57,546 nucleotides of DNA. Origin: Eubacteriales bacterium (GTDB lineage: Bacteria > Bacillota > Clostridia > Oscillospirales > CAG-272). The stretch covers positions 1-57,546 of the forward strand of contig JAZQHJ010000078.1 of NCBI GenBank assembly GCA_045540515.1, given 5' to 3'. Shown piece after piece: positions 18,857-27,872 of the stretch. The notes below the pieces were generated by a model that ran no database searches, was not told the origin of the DNA, and worked only from the letters and a program-made list of their open reading frames with translations. Position 1 is the stretch's first letter. Each line of letters starts with the position of its first letter. The position numbers and the translations under genes were made by a program.

Positions 18857-19204
18857 CTATTGTGCGCTACCAACATCAATAAGATTTACATAATCAGAAA
18901 AAGTCTCTGATAAGAGGTAATATCCTGTCTTTATGGTCATTAACGAGTTATACACAAGCGTGTAATACTCTTTTTTAGGTTTGCACGAAACCGATGCAAA
19001 GCCGTCACGAAGCTTTATTTTTGGTTTATTCACTAAAAAGCCTTGTTCTGACATACTCTTAATTGTCTGTACAAGCGTCAGAGCAAGAATAGATGCCGAT
19101 GCGCATATAATATCCTCGCCTTTTTTTGCTGATTTAGCATGTCCGGTTACAGTCACGCTGAGTGTGTCTTTTAATTGATTTTCGTTATATTTTACCGTTA
19201 TCAT
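18857..19204 (-). CDS. prp: Prp-family cysteine protease (ribosomal-processing protease homologue)
   Basis: 115 aa with VTGHAKSAKKGEDIICASASIL, matching the conserved GHA...G.D.(V/I)CA.(V/A)S His/Cys signature of Prp/YsxB. Confidence 0.8.
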   Translation of the reverse strand: MITVKYNENQLKDTLSVTVTGHAKSAKKGEDIICASASILALTLVQTIKSMSEQGFLVNKPKIKLRDGFASVSCKPKKEYYTLVYNSLMTIKTGYYLLSETFSDYVNLIDVGSAQ

Positions 19205-19215
19205 ATAATCTCCTA

Positions 19216-21186
19216 TTAAGTTGGACTCGTTGATTCTGCAACACGCTGTCTTGCGTCTTTTGTGTTTTTTGCTTCTGACGTTCTCGAGCTTCCGCCAAGT
19301 GATTCTTTGTTTTCTGCGTTAGGTACTGGTCCCGAGACAAATGGTGGAACCGTTCCGCCATTAATTTCAGCAGCTACTTGCTGTGCAAGATTTGTATCTG
19401 TATATTGATCCAACTGTGTCGCAACCTGTAATAACTGCATCTGAGTATGTAAAAGTTTCTGATACAATGTGCCGTTTTGCTGTATCTTTGCCTCAACAAA
19501 GCTTTTTCTATCAAAATCCATCATATCGAGACACGCCAACGCCTGATCGGTAAGCTGTGGATTAAACAAACCAGCTTTATAAAACTGTAATGCCATTTCG
19601 TTTTGTGACAACTTGCTATATGGGCTCTGTTTCTGTGCTGAAATTTCAACATCAAACAGTGGACATCTCAAGGTAGATGTACCGCCAAAAACTGCCTCAA
19701 CAGTCTGTGTTTTTAGTCCTGCATTTGTATAATTTGTAATGTACTTATATTCGCCATTCTCTCCCATAACCCTAAAGCTTCTTGGCAAAGTATAAAACTG
19801 TCTTATAAGCTCAATTACCATAAGCACTATGTTTCGATACGCTCTATATGTAGCCTTAGTAGAGTCTCTCGAAAGTTTACTGCCCGCTTCTTGCATTGCA
19901 GCAATAGCGGAGGCTGCTGTAACGCCTGATGTAGTACCGCCGGTAGAGATATCTCTGTTGCCAGTTGTTTCTTTTAGCTCGTTAATTTTGTTGTCACGAA
20001 CAGAAACATAAGTACCGCTCAACCCTGTTTTTGCTATTGGTACGAAAGAGTTAGAGTCAACAGGGCCTTCCGCTACTATTAACTCTTTGTCCCAGTCAGC
20101 AAACTCTTCTGGATTAATATTTGCAGACCTTGAAACTACATATCTTGGCTTAACATTAACAAGTAGGTTTTCGAGAATCGCTTTATCTGTTCGGTCTATA
20201 TATTCTTGATCTGCTTTTCCAATGTCGATATAACCAAAGCCTGCCGGCGAACCCTTGATTTTAAATAATGGGTCAAACTCAAAAGGATAAAGGCCATGTG
20301 CATATATACCTTCTTGTGCAGTTTGTTCGTTATTTTCGCTTGCGTATAATACAACTCCACAACAATATGTACACAACTGCACGGTCATTCTGTTGTTAAT
20401 TATTTTTTTGTAATAGCAGTCAAAGACAAGAGATTTATTTGATGTATCAACATTGTCATCAAACTGATATTCCGTTATCTGTTCAGTATATCCACTAAAC
20501 TTGTCTTTTAACTGTGGATATATGCTTTCTAAGACATCGTTGTTTTCAAGTCTTACATAAAACAAATATGGTGATTTTTGAATATCTTCAACTCCAGACT
20601 CCCAAAACAAATTCATAACATCTACATAAGTAATAGAAATATCGCCTATGCCATTGTGTTTGTTTTTATCCCAAAAAACACCATAAACACCAGTGCCAGA
20701 TTTTATCTTCTCGTCATTTGCTTTAGAAAAAGTTTCTTCAAAATTGCACTGTTCAAAGATAACTGGAATTATCGAGCTTAATATATCAGCCTGTTCTTTG
20801 TCTGCTTCTTCTCTCGGCAATATATTAGGAGCTGGATAATTATCCATTACATCAGCGTGTTTATTCATACATGTATTAAACAAATGAGCTGATTTAGGCT
20901 CTATATGATTTTTCTTTTTGCCTTTACTTTTTGATTTGTCCTTCTGGTGCAATACAGCCCAGTGTCTGCCTCTATACCACTCCTCGTTTTCTCTGAGTCT
21001 ATCGGTTAAATTTTGTTTATCAGAACGATAGCGAGTGAATATATCGTTAAATTTTTTTACTTTTGCTTCATCAATAACAATTTTTTTAACATTTCGTCCT
21101 TGTTCTATAGGCTGTACTGATGCATATTGTCCTTTGTTTTGAAAAGCACCTTTGTTCTGTTTTGATTTTTTGTTAAAAAGCGCCAT
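19216..21186 (-). CDS. Portal protein
   Basis: 656-aa ORF immediately downstream of terL, with an acidic/basic C-terminal tail. Assigned by synteny and size. Confidence 0.75.
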   Translation of the reverse strand: MALFNKKSKQNKGAFQNKGQYASVQPIEQGRNVKKIVIDEAKVKKFNDIFTRYRSDKQNLTDRLRENEEWYRGRHWAVLHQKDKSKSKGKKKNHIEPKSAHLFNTCMNKHADVMDNYPAPNILPREEADKEQADILSSIIPVIFEQCNFEETFSKANDEKIKSGTGVYGVFWDKNKHNGIGDISITYVDVMNLFWESGVEDIQKSPYLFYVRLENNDVLESIYPQLKDKFSGYTEQITEYQFDDNVDTSNKSLVFDCYYKKIINNRMTVQLCTYCCGVVLYASENNEQTAQEGIYAHGLYPFEFDPLFKIKGSPAGFGYIDIGKADQEYIDRTDKAILENLLVNVKPRYVVSRSANINPEEFADWDKELIVAEGPVDSNSFVPIAKTGLSGTYVSVRDNKINELKETTGNRDISTGGTTSGVTAASAIAAMQEAGSKLSRDSTKATYRAYRNIVLMVIELIRQFYTLPRSFRVMGENGEYKYITNYTNAGLKTQTVEAVFGGTSTLRCPLFDVEISAQKQSPYSKLSQNEMALQFYKAGLFNPQLTDQALACLDMMDFDRKSFVEAKIQQNGTLYQKLLHTQMQLLQVATQLDQYTDTNLAQQVAAEINGGTVPPFVSGPVPNAENKESLGGSSRTSEAKNTKDARQRVAESTSPT

Positions 21187-21189
21187 ATA

Positions 21190-22653
21190 TTAACTCCTTA
21201 CTATGATTTGTGGCCTATATAATTTAGGACTAAGGTCTGATTTTTCAAAATCAAACACCGTGTGTAGTGTGCTCTGATAAAATCTGTCTATCTCTGCCGG
21301 TGCACGTGCCTCTATCGGTCTACTCATACAGAAATATCTTGTTTCATCCGCAATATGATCCTCTAACTTAGTGTTGCAATCTTCTATTTTTGTATCGTCA
21401 AACTGCATTAGCGGTATTGTGCGGATAAAGTTTTTGCATGTATTAAACACATACATCATCGGAAAACCTTTATCATCAAACGCTAAACGATATCTAACCT
21501 GCAACCAACCGGGTATGCGAGAGTTATCACCCGGCGTAAAATACACCCCACATAGAGTCGCTACCTCTGCTATCGATTCACCAGTCTGTGAATTGAATAT
21601 TGCAGGGTCAGCAACACCTTGAATGTGTTTACCTTTCAGATATGGATGTTCTGACTCTATCTTTCGAATCTCTTTAAAAACATCGTGAGGTATCATCTTA
21701 ACGCCCTCATCAGCTGTTCCTGTGCATCCATACCACTCAAGAATCCTGTACGCTACACCATCTGTGTCTACAGCCCACCAACCACAAGAGAACGGCTTGT
21801 TGAAACCCCAGTCAAAAGAACGTGTTATGTTCCAATGGCTTGGTATGTCAAAAGGTTCAATAACGTGCGTATATCTTCTGTCCTGATAATGTGTAGGGTC
21901 GTTGCGCCATTCGGTAAAGAACTGCCCTGAGTAGCTGTCCCAGTCTCCATATAAAAGAGCTTTTCGTTCTGCCTCTGGCATTGATGCAAGTTTGATAAGA
22001 TAATTAGGGTCGTTTTGCAACAAAATTTGATTATCAAACACCGAACTCGGCACAAATATCCTTGATTTCTGTTGCTTAACAACTCGTCCGTCTGGAAACG
22101 GTACACTTACCGTCTCCCATATAGTTGACATTGGCGTAGCAGCTGTTATAAACCTTTCTTTTACCCAACCATGTCCAACACCACCAGGGTTAGCTGTAGC
22201 TCTGATATAACATCTTGTTCCCGGTCCATTAGCTCGGTTTCGGGACGACAAGTATATGTACTCGTCATACGCAAAGTGCGTTAACTCATCAAACGCAATA
22301 AAGTCATAAGCCTTACCCTGATAATCAAGCTTGTTTTTGCTATGTTGCAATGAACCAAACACGATTTTAGCGCCACTCGGAAAAAACCATGTGTGTGTTT
22401 CTGCGTTATACCTTGCGCCAGGATATATGCGTGGGTAATATAACAGTGACTTATCTATGAGATCTGTAAGCTGCGGGAAAGTCTTTCTCAATATCAAGCC
22501 TTTGTAATGCGGTATATCAACCTGTCTGAGCGCCTCAATAACAAGTGCGTCAGATTTTCCGCCACCTGCAGCTCCACCATATAATGCTTCGTCTTCAGCT
22601 CTGCTCATAAATAACGCTTGTTTCGGCTGTGGCGACCAGATAATGTTATTCAC
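21190..22653 (-). CDS. terL: Terminase large subunit
   Basis: Walker A GGAAGGGKSDA, Walker B-like YDFIAFDELTHF, and a C-terminal nuclease-like half. It overlaps terS by 8 nt. Confidence 0.9.
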   Translation of the reverse strand: MNNIIWSPQPKQALFMSRAEDEALYGGAAGGGKSDALVIEALRQVDIPHYKGLILRKTFPQLTDLIDKSLLYYPRIYPGARYNAETHTWFFPSGAKIVFGSLQHSKNKLDYQGKAYDFIAFDELTHFAYDEYIYLSSRNRANGPGTRCYIRATANPGGVGHGWVKERFITAATPMSTIWETVSVPFPDGRVVKQQKSRIFVPSSVFDNQILLQNDPNYLIKLASMPEAERKALLYGDWDSYSGQFFTEWRNDPTHYQDRRYTHVIEPFDIPSHWNITRSFDWGFNKPFSCGWWAVDTDGVAYRILEWYGCTGTADEGVKMIPHDVFKEIRKIESEHPYLKGKHIQGVADPAIFNSQTGESIAEVATLCGVYFTPGDNSRIPGWLQVRYRLAFDDKGFPMMYVFNTCKNFIRTIPLMQFDDTKIEDCNTKLEDHIADETRYFCMSRPIEARAPAEIDRFYQSTLHTVFDFEKSDLSPKLYRPQIIVRS

Positions 22654-23218
22654 CTGAGCTCACCTCTATCTGTGGTGGAGTTAACGGAACAACGGCTGGT
22701 ATCTTAACCACACCATATGTTTTTTCATTATCGTCATTACCTTTTTTGTTTTGATTCTCAAGGTTCTTAATACGAGCTTCTTGCTCTTTAATATCAAGGT
22801 CAGATTTAACCCCTTTAACATCTTTCAAATACCGTAACGATGCCGACATTTCTTTAATCATTGACACTGTTACAAACTCTTGTTGTGCCAACTCATCTAA
22901 TCGACTAAGCAGTTTATCAGCAACATCGTTTATTTTTACTGCCTTATCCGCCTCAACATCAGAAATTATTTCTATTGTCTTCGCCACAGTTTTGCCACGC
23001 ACCGCTTGTTTTTGTTTAAACCATTGTTCTTGCTTTGCCTTATCTTCAATAGTCCTGCGTGATATTCCGTATTTTTCAGCAAGCTTTCTGTAAGATGTTC
23101 CGCCTGCTATGTACTCTGCTCTTATAGCATTCCAGTCTACTATGCAACTTACAGTAAACCCACCTTTCTTTTGTTCTATATTTAATTGTAGAACACAAAA
23201 CTCAAATTCCACACCCAC
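22646..23218 (-). CDS. terS: Terminase small subunit (HTH type); start uncertain
   Basis: DWNAIRAEYIAGGTSYRKLAEKYGISRRTIEDKAKQEQW is typical of small-terminase HTH N-domains. The only in-frame starts upstream are GTG 23218 and GTG 23212, preceded by GAAGG. Confidence 0.75.
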   Translation of the reverse strand: MGVEFEFCVLQLNIEQKKGGFTVSCIVDWNAIRAEYIAGGTSYRKLAEKYGISRRTIEDKAKQEQWFKQKQAVRGKTVAKTIEIISDVEADKAVKINDVADKLLSRLDELAQQEFVTVSMIKEMSASLRYLKDVKGVKSDLDIKEQEARIKNLENQNKKGNDDNEKTYGVVKIPAVVPLTPPQIEVSSGE

Positions 23219-23223
23219 CCCAA
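23180..23223 (-). promoter_or_regulatory. Copy B of the 44-nt bipartite element (see 2177-2220)
   Basis: Same 16-mer, same 11-nt spacing, second box GTGTTCTACAATTAAAT. It lies 18 nt downstream of the 23241-23280 terminator and overlaps the predicted terS GTG start. Confidence 0.5.
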
Positions 23224-23240
23224 CCTTCGCTTATTTAAGC

Positions 23241-23280
23241 CAAAAACAAAAAAAGAGAGAGGAGATTATCTCTCCCCTCT
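23241..23280 (-). terminator. Intrinsic terminator separating the early region from terS
   Basis: Minus-strand RNA reads AGAGGGGAGA-gataa-TCTCCTCTCT followed by CTTTTTTTGTTTTTG. Confidence 0.7.
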
Positions 23281-23499
23281 CTGATGATTTTGTGAACTCA
23301 ACATCTGATACAACGGACACATCTGATATCTGCGCTCACAATATGATTTTTTATGCTCTTTTTTATTATTCATATTCGCATATGAGATATGTACCGTATT
23401 ACCATCACTTATTCCGCTACAGCATATACTTTCCCGTGTTTCTCTTTGGTAAAACGGACACAGCGGCTTAACTGATGTGTACCAATTGTTGTTTTTCAA
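23266..23499 (-). CDS. 77-aa Cys-rich protein, last gene before terS (position typical of late-gene regulators)
   Basis: The ORF has 6 Cys (CPFY...CCSG...C...C). The regulatory role is inferred from position only. Confidence 0.5.
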   Translation of the reverse strand: MKNNNWYTSVKPLCPFYQRETRESICCSGISDGNTVHISYANMNNKKEHKKSYCERRYQMCPLYQMLSSQNHQRGER

Positions 23500-23508
23500 A
23501 ATCTCACC

Positions 23509-23826
23509 TTATTTAGTCAATAGTTCTTTTTTCAGTTGTTTGCATTTATCAACAACCTCTTTTATAGTCTCATGCAGATTTTCAGCATCACAGTAAGCGT
23601 AGTCACCATACTGCTGTGGAATATTTTTCTCTTCGTCAATAATGGTAAATTTACAGCCAACTGTGTACTCCTTTCCATTATTCAAACTTCTGATAATAAG
23701 AGTGTAATCTTCCTTTGCTGTTTCCTCCTTGATTGTTTCTATCGCTTCGTCAGATGGTCTTGTGTGAACAGTGATTGATTCCACAACGTTGTTACCGATT
23801 TTTGAGCCTACTTCTAATGATTTCAT
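23509..23826 (-). CDS. 105-aa hypothetical early protein
   Basis: ORF with GGAG-type RBS; no recognisable motif. Confidence 0.5.
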   Translation of the reverse strand: MKSLEVGSKIGNNVVESITVHTRPSDEAIETIKEETAKEDYTLIIRSLNNGKEYTVGCKFTIIDEEKNIPQQYGDYAYCDAENLHETIKEVVDKCKQLKKELLTK

Positions 23827-23915
23827 TTTTAAATCTCCTTTTTGTCTATTTTATTTATGTAAAGGGTTAAATGCCCCTTTTACCTTAACGCTTTTTCTGC
23901 TCCGACCTTGATTGG

Positions 23916-24386
23916 TCATTCGGTATCACTCCAATCTAATGCTTGTCCGCAATGTTTACAATAATAATCTTTATCGTTTGGCGGTCTTAAATCTTTATAC
24001 CTCATAACCCATTCTTCACAATTAGGACAAAGGTTTATAATTCCGTGATTATCTTTTGTTAAAACATCATCTTTTGTTGCAAGTCGCACATCACCTTTAT
24101 GCTTTTCATCATCAACCCAAATTTGTTTTATTGGCTTTTTCGGTATCTGTTTTTCGAGCGCTTCTTTTACAAATTTCTTATCCAACAAATAGACATCACA
24201 AATTTTGTTTTCCTTTGCATAGTTAATTATTTCTTGCAGTATTGCATTATCTGTCATATCAACAATCTGCACCATCATTTGAGCTGTTATAGAATTAAAA
24301 TCTCTTAGTTCTTCTAACTCATACGGAAGGTTAAGGTGTACTGCGACTTTATCTGCAAGTGTGTTCGACATATCATTTAGTGTCAT
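23916..24386 (-). CDS. 156-aa hypothetical protein with a C-terminal zinc ribbon
   Basis: CPNCEEW...CKHCGQ at the C-terminus; ATGA overlap with the upstream gene. Confidence 0.55.
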   Translation of the reverse strand: MTLNDMSNTLADKVAVHLNLPYELEELRDFNSITAQMMVQIVDMTDNAILQEIINYAKENKICDVYLLDKKFVKEALEKQIPKKPIKQIWVDDEKHKGDVRLATKDDVLTKDNHGIINLCPNCEEWVMRYKDLRPPNDKDYYCKHCGQALDWSDTE

Positions 24387-24772
24387 TTCTCATCACCCAC
24401 CCTTTCTTTTACAAGGTTGTCGATATCAAGACTTTTTATCCTGCCAAATTTAAAACGACCTTCTGGACTCATTCCGTCATTAGGTAATAATGCTTTCAAC
24501 CTCTCCGCAAACTCTTTGATTGCTTCGTTTCTCTTACGCAAAACTATTTTATGAATATCATTAGATGTGTATAGTTCACTTATTTGATTGATTAGTCTGT
24601 TGTTTTCAACTTCAAGTTGGTTTATGTAAGCAAGGGTGTTCCTCGCTAATATAGTTGAACAATCTTCAAAAGGTTTCAGCGGACAATCAGCTGTTTCGTT
24701 ATCGCTACACCCCAACCTTGTACAACACTCCAAAGCCTTTTTAATCTCGTTAGGGTTCATACTATTCATCAT
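24383..24772 (-). CDS. 129-aa hypothetical protein, N-terminal Cys cluster plus coiled coil
   Basis: ALECCTRLGCSDNETADCPLKPFEDC followed by a heptad-like region. Confidence 0.55.
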   Translation of the reverse strand: MMNSMNPNEIKKALECCTRLGCSDNETADCPLKPFEDCSTILARNTLAYINQLEVENNRLINQISELYTSNDIHKIVLRKRNEAIKEFAERLKALLPNDGMSPEGRFKFGRIKSLDIDNLVKERVGDEK

Positions 24773-24974
24773 AAAGACCCACTTCCCAGTCTTCTTTTTT
24801 CTCTAACCACTTGCCATTAACAGTTCGCATAGTGTTGCTTATAGTAAATGGTTTTTCGACAGTCGTTACCTCAATCCCCTCACGATTAACAAAAATACTT
24901 ATTTGTATACAATCACCATAGTGTTCTTTTATGAGGTCATATATCTTACTTAATGCTTTTTTACGGTCATTCAT
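24762..24974 (-). CDS. 70-aa hypothetical protein
   Basis: Tightly packed ORF overlapping both neighbours. Confidence 0.45.
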   Translation of the reverse strand: MNDRKKALSKIYDLIKEHYGDCIQISIFVNREGIEVTTVEKPFTISNTMRTVNGKWLEKKEDWEVGLYDE

Positions 24975-25176
24975 CTTCCTGTACCTCGCTTTCTATAAAT
25001 CTTACAAATCTTTCATAGCATCTCATACACAAATCTATGCGTTGTCCTGGTCCAGCTCGGTACTCGCCAGGACTCCATAATTTAATCAGTGCAGACTCCC
25101 CACTTATCGCTTGTGCTGAGTGTCCGATTATTTCTGCCCCACAAATGTCGCATATATATGACATTGTTTTGCTCAT
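24967..25176 (-). CDS. 69-aa zinc-ribbon protein
   Basis: CDICGAE ... CMRCYERF. Confidence 0.5.
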   Translation of the reverse strand: MSKTMSYICDICGAEIIGHSAQAISGESALIKLWSPGEYRAGPGQRIDLCMRCYERFVRFIESEVQEDE

Positions 25177-25442
25177 TCCGTTACCTCGCTTTCTATGATA
25201 CTCATTTGCTCAAAGTCTGAATTTTCAATAGCCTTATACTTAAAACTCTCTGTATTCCTTGCTTTTCTATTTCTCGGCTTATATCCCTTTGTTTCTGCAA
25301 AAGCGTCAATTTCATTAAACTCAAACTCTTTACAATGATTTATCGACTTTGCTGTACTATCGGCAATCTCTTTGTTTTTGGCTGTGCAGTATGTTCCGTT
25401 ACCTGTAACAAGATTATTGCAATATCTGCAATACTGTTTCAC
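25173..25442 (-). CDS. 89-aa Cys-containing hypothetical protein
   Basis: The GTG start overlaps the upstream stop (TAGTG). Contains CRYCNN...C...HC. Confidence 0.5.
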   Translation of the reverse strand: MKQYCRYCNNLVTGNGTYCTAKNKEIADSTAKSINHCKEFEFNEIDAFAETKGYKPRNRKARNTESFKYKAIENSDFEQMSIIESEVTE

Positions 25443-25633
25443 TACTCCGACACCTCTCTTGCTCCTAAATAGTCATAAATTGTTGGTACGCAATCATCAC
25501 AAACTGAGCATATCAATTTTGGTGTTGGTACTGAGTGATGACTTTTTGATATATAAATCTTATTCATCGAGCGTTTAGGTAACTCTTTACCGCATACTAT
25601 ACAGTAACCTCTATAATGCTGATAACCACTCAC
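25442..25633 (-). CDS. 63-aa zinc-ribbon protein
   Basis: CIVCGKEL ... CSVCDDC. Confidence 0.5.
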   Translation of the reverse strand: MSGYQHYRGYCIVCGKELPKRSMNKIYISKSHHSVPTPKLICSVCDDCVPTIYDYLGAREVSE

Positions 25634-26040
25634 TACTCCGCACCGCCTTTCTGATTTAACAGTTTAATAAAATTTTCGTAGTAGTTTAAATCTTCCGAAT
25701 TACCATAAAATTCATTTCGCATAAATACAGGCTCAAACTTTTTGTGAAAATCTAATTTCCAAGCCTTAATATCTTCTATTGTATGATTGCACATAAACTG
25801 TCGGCAAATTGCAGGACGGATAGAATATATAAGACATTTTTCGTTTGCTTCATCACGAAAAGGACAGGTCATATCTACACCATTCATATAATTATGTCTT
25901 TGTTCCTTTATATTGTGTTTTTTAATATATGATTTAATTCGTATAATTTCTCCGCTTGATAAAGGCAATAAATTACTGCAACATTGACCACAATTTGAGC
26001 ATTTTTCGTTTTCAGTAAAGTCTTTAATTTCAAACATCAT
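25633..26040 (-). CDS. YkgJ-type cysteine-cluster protein (CxxCxxCC family)
   Basis: CSNCGQCCSNLLPLS near the N-terminus plus downstream Cys residues, as in the UPF0153/YkgJ family. Confidence 0.6.
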   Translation of the reverse strand: MMFEIKDFTENEKCSNCGQCCSNLLPLSSGEIIRIKSYIKKHNIKEQRHNYMNGVDMTCPFRDEANEKCLIYSIRPAICRQFMCNHTIEDIKAWKLDFHKKFEPVFMRNEFYGNSEDLNYYENFIKLLNQKGGAE

Positions 26041-26420
26041 TCACTACCGCCTTTCTCGGTTGGGTTTAAACTTGACAGAGTCTCCCATCCACAGCTATAA
26101 TCAACACCATTTGCGTGTGCTTGGTTTATGGTTAATGCTGTTATCTGTTTGAATGGCAATTCTTTATATTTCGGCATCTGCTTAAATTCCCACCATTCCG
26201 AACCGTCATATTCGTGCCGTTCAAGCCAAAAATCAACACCGATTATAAGCAAATCCTCAGCAACTTCAGAAGCACCATATCCACTATCATATTCTGTATT
26301 AGAATACTTAATAAAATCGTCCTTTGTGATTTGAAACTCATTACCACAAATAGCAACAACATCTTCAAAGGTTTTTTTGTTGTCGGTTAGTACCTCAATG
26401 GTTTCTTTGTATAAATTCAT
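26037..26420 (-). CDS. 127-aa hypothetical protein
   Basis: ORF with ATGA-type overlaps at both ends. Confidence 0.5.
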   Translation of the reverse strand: MNLYKETIEVLTDNKKTFEDVVAICGNEFQITKDDFIKYSNTEYDSGYGASEVAEDLLIIGVDFWLERHEYDGSEWWEFKQMPKYKELPFKQITALTINQAHANGVDYSCGWETLSSLNPTEKGGSE

Positions 26421-26695
26421 TTTCCCTCATCTTCCTTTCTCATATCAGCTTTACATACCTCACAAAAATCTTGTTCTGACCAGTATGCAGTCCCACATCT
26501 TGAGCAAATAAAAATAGGTTTCGCACACCAACCATAGTTAGTTGAAAATCTTCTATGCTCCTTAATCCACTCCCCACGCTCACGCTTTACATAGTCGGAT
26601 TTATTTTTGAACACAATACAATGTTTTGCTGTATTGGTTAAAACATAAAGCATTTTACACACATCATAATGTAAACACTCTCTACAAGTAGCCAT
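26417..26695 (-). CDS. 92-aa Cys-rich protein (start moved to MATCRECLHY)
   Basis: ATG 26695 has GAAAGGA upstream and avoids a 43-nt overlap with the PAPS-reductase-like gene. Contains CREC...C...CSRCG...CEVC. Confidence 0.5.
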   Translation of the reverse strand: MATCRECLHYDVCKMLYVLTNTAKHCIVFKNKSDYVKRERGEWIKEHRRFSTNYGWCAKPIFICSRCGTAYWSEQDFCEVCKADMRKEDEGK

Positions 26696-26709
26696 ATTAT
26701 TTGTCCTTT

Positions 26710-27549
26710 CTAAAACAATCGAATTTGTAACGGTCTGTTCAACATATCCCATCTAAAGGAAGCGTTTGGGTCAATACACATTTCGTCTTCAAGACGGAAT
26801 CTTTTATCAAAATCGTGTACTGTGTGACCATCAGGTTTAAATGTAACTGGGCTGTCTTTATCCCACTTCAACAGTAACTTCCAGTATTCAGAATAATTTC
26901 TTCTCAACAATCGCAACTGTTGAACACTTTGATTATGGCAGAACCAACAACCACCTCTTGTCGCTGTGTTATAAATCGGCGATAGTAAGTCGTTATCCTC
27001 ACACCACTTTCGGCACATTTCTTCCGTCCAACCAATTTCAACTAAAGGAAGAATGGTGTTTTCTTTTTTTATATGTCTTTCTATCCTTTTGGTTTCATCT
27101 GCCGCTATTCCGAGGATAAAAATATTCTCTTCACCGCTTGTAACCTTAATTTTCTTTACTGCTGCCATTTTAAGTTTACTATTACACCAAGGTCCCATTA
27201 CAATAGGAAATCCCCAGATATCACGCTCATCGTCATACTGTCTATATTTAGATATTTGCTTACCTTTTTCTTTTCGTTTAGCAATCGTTTCTGGTCGGAT
27301 TTTATGATAAAACCCTTTTTCGTATGTCAGGTCTGCTCTAAAATGTTCAACCTCAATTCCCCATCGTTCCTTAATGATGGCATCTGCTTTTTTCTTAAAC
27401 TCCACCATAGGTGGTAAGTCAGCAGGAATTGTGTCTGTCGCCCAAACTTCTGCGTGTACTATTCTATTAAGTGGAAGCCCTAACTGTTCAATAGCGCCCA
27501 AACAAGCCAGACTGTCTTTTCCATATGATAAAGAAAGAATATGCTCCAT
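26710..27549 (-). CDS. PAPS-reductase-family PP-loop protein
   Basis: N-terminal SLSYGKDS (SGGxDS-type PP-loop) and C-terminal RGGCWFCHNQ, as in phage phosphoadenosine-phosphosulfate-reductase-like proteins. Confidence 0.75.
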   Translation of the reverse strand: MEHILSLSYGKDSLACLGAIEQLGLPLNRIVHAEVWATDTIPADLPPMVEFKKKADAIIKERWGIEVEHFRADLTYEKGFYHKIRPETIAKRKEKGKQISKYRQYDDERDIWGFPIVMGPWCNSKLKMAAVKKIKVTSGEENIFILGIAADETKRIERHIKKENTILPLVEIGWTEEMCRKWCEDNDLLSPIYNTATRGGCWFCHNQSVQQLRLLRRNYSEYWKLLLKWDKDSPVTFKPDGHTVHDFDKRFRLEDEMCIDPNASFRWDMLNRPLQIRLF

Positions 27550-27550
27550 A

Positions 27551-27871
27551 TTAAAGTTCCTTTCTTACTCCGTAACTGCAAAAATCGGTAGGTCGTGTAT
27601 ATTGAAGTAGCTTAACATTCTCAACATTGTGAGAATAACGACTACATAAACCACTTTTTTCGTTCCATTTCTCACAATCCTTACATCTCACAACCTCTAC
27701 CACATCGGCGGTGGGTGTTTGTTCAATAGCTTTTCGTACTTGTTCGCCCTGTCTTAACATCGCACTTTCTACTTCATTTTTTGATACAATTCCGTCTTTA
27801 AAAACTATTGCGACTTTATACTTTTTAATATTCTCAATCAACGCTTCACGCTCTATGTATTCTTTTGGCAT
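27551..27871 (-). CDS. 106-aa hypothetical protein (start moved to MPKEYIER)
   Basis: ATG 27871 has AAGGAG 6 nt upstream and abuts the upstream stop. C-terminal CKDCEKW...C. Confidence 0.5.
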   Translation of the reverse strand: MPKEYIEREALIENIKKYKVAIVFKDGIVSKNEVESAMLRQGEQVRKAIEQTPTADVVEVVRCKDCEKWNEKSGLCSRYSHNVENVKLLQYTRPTDFCSYGVRKEL

Positions 27872-27872
27872 A

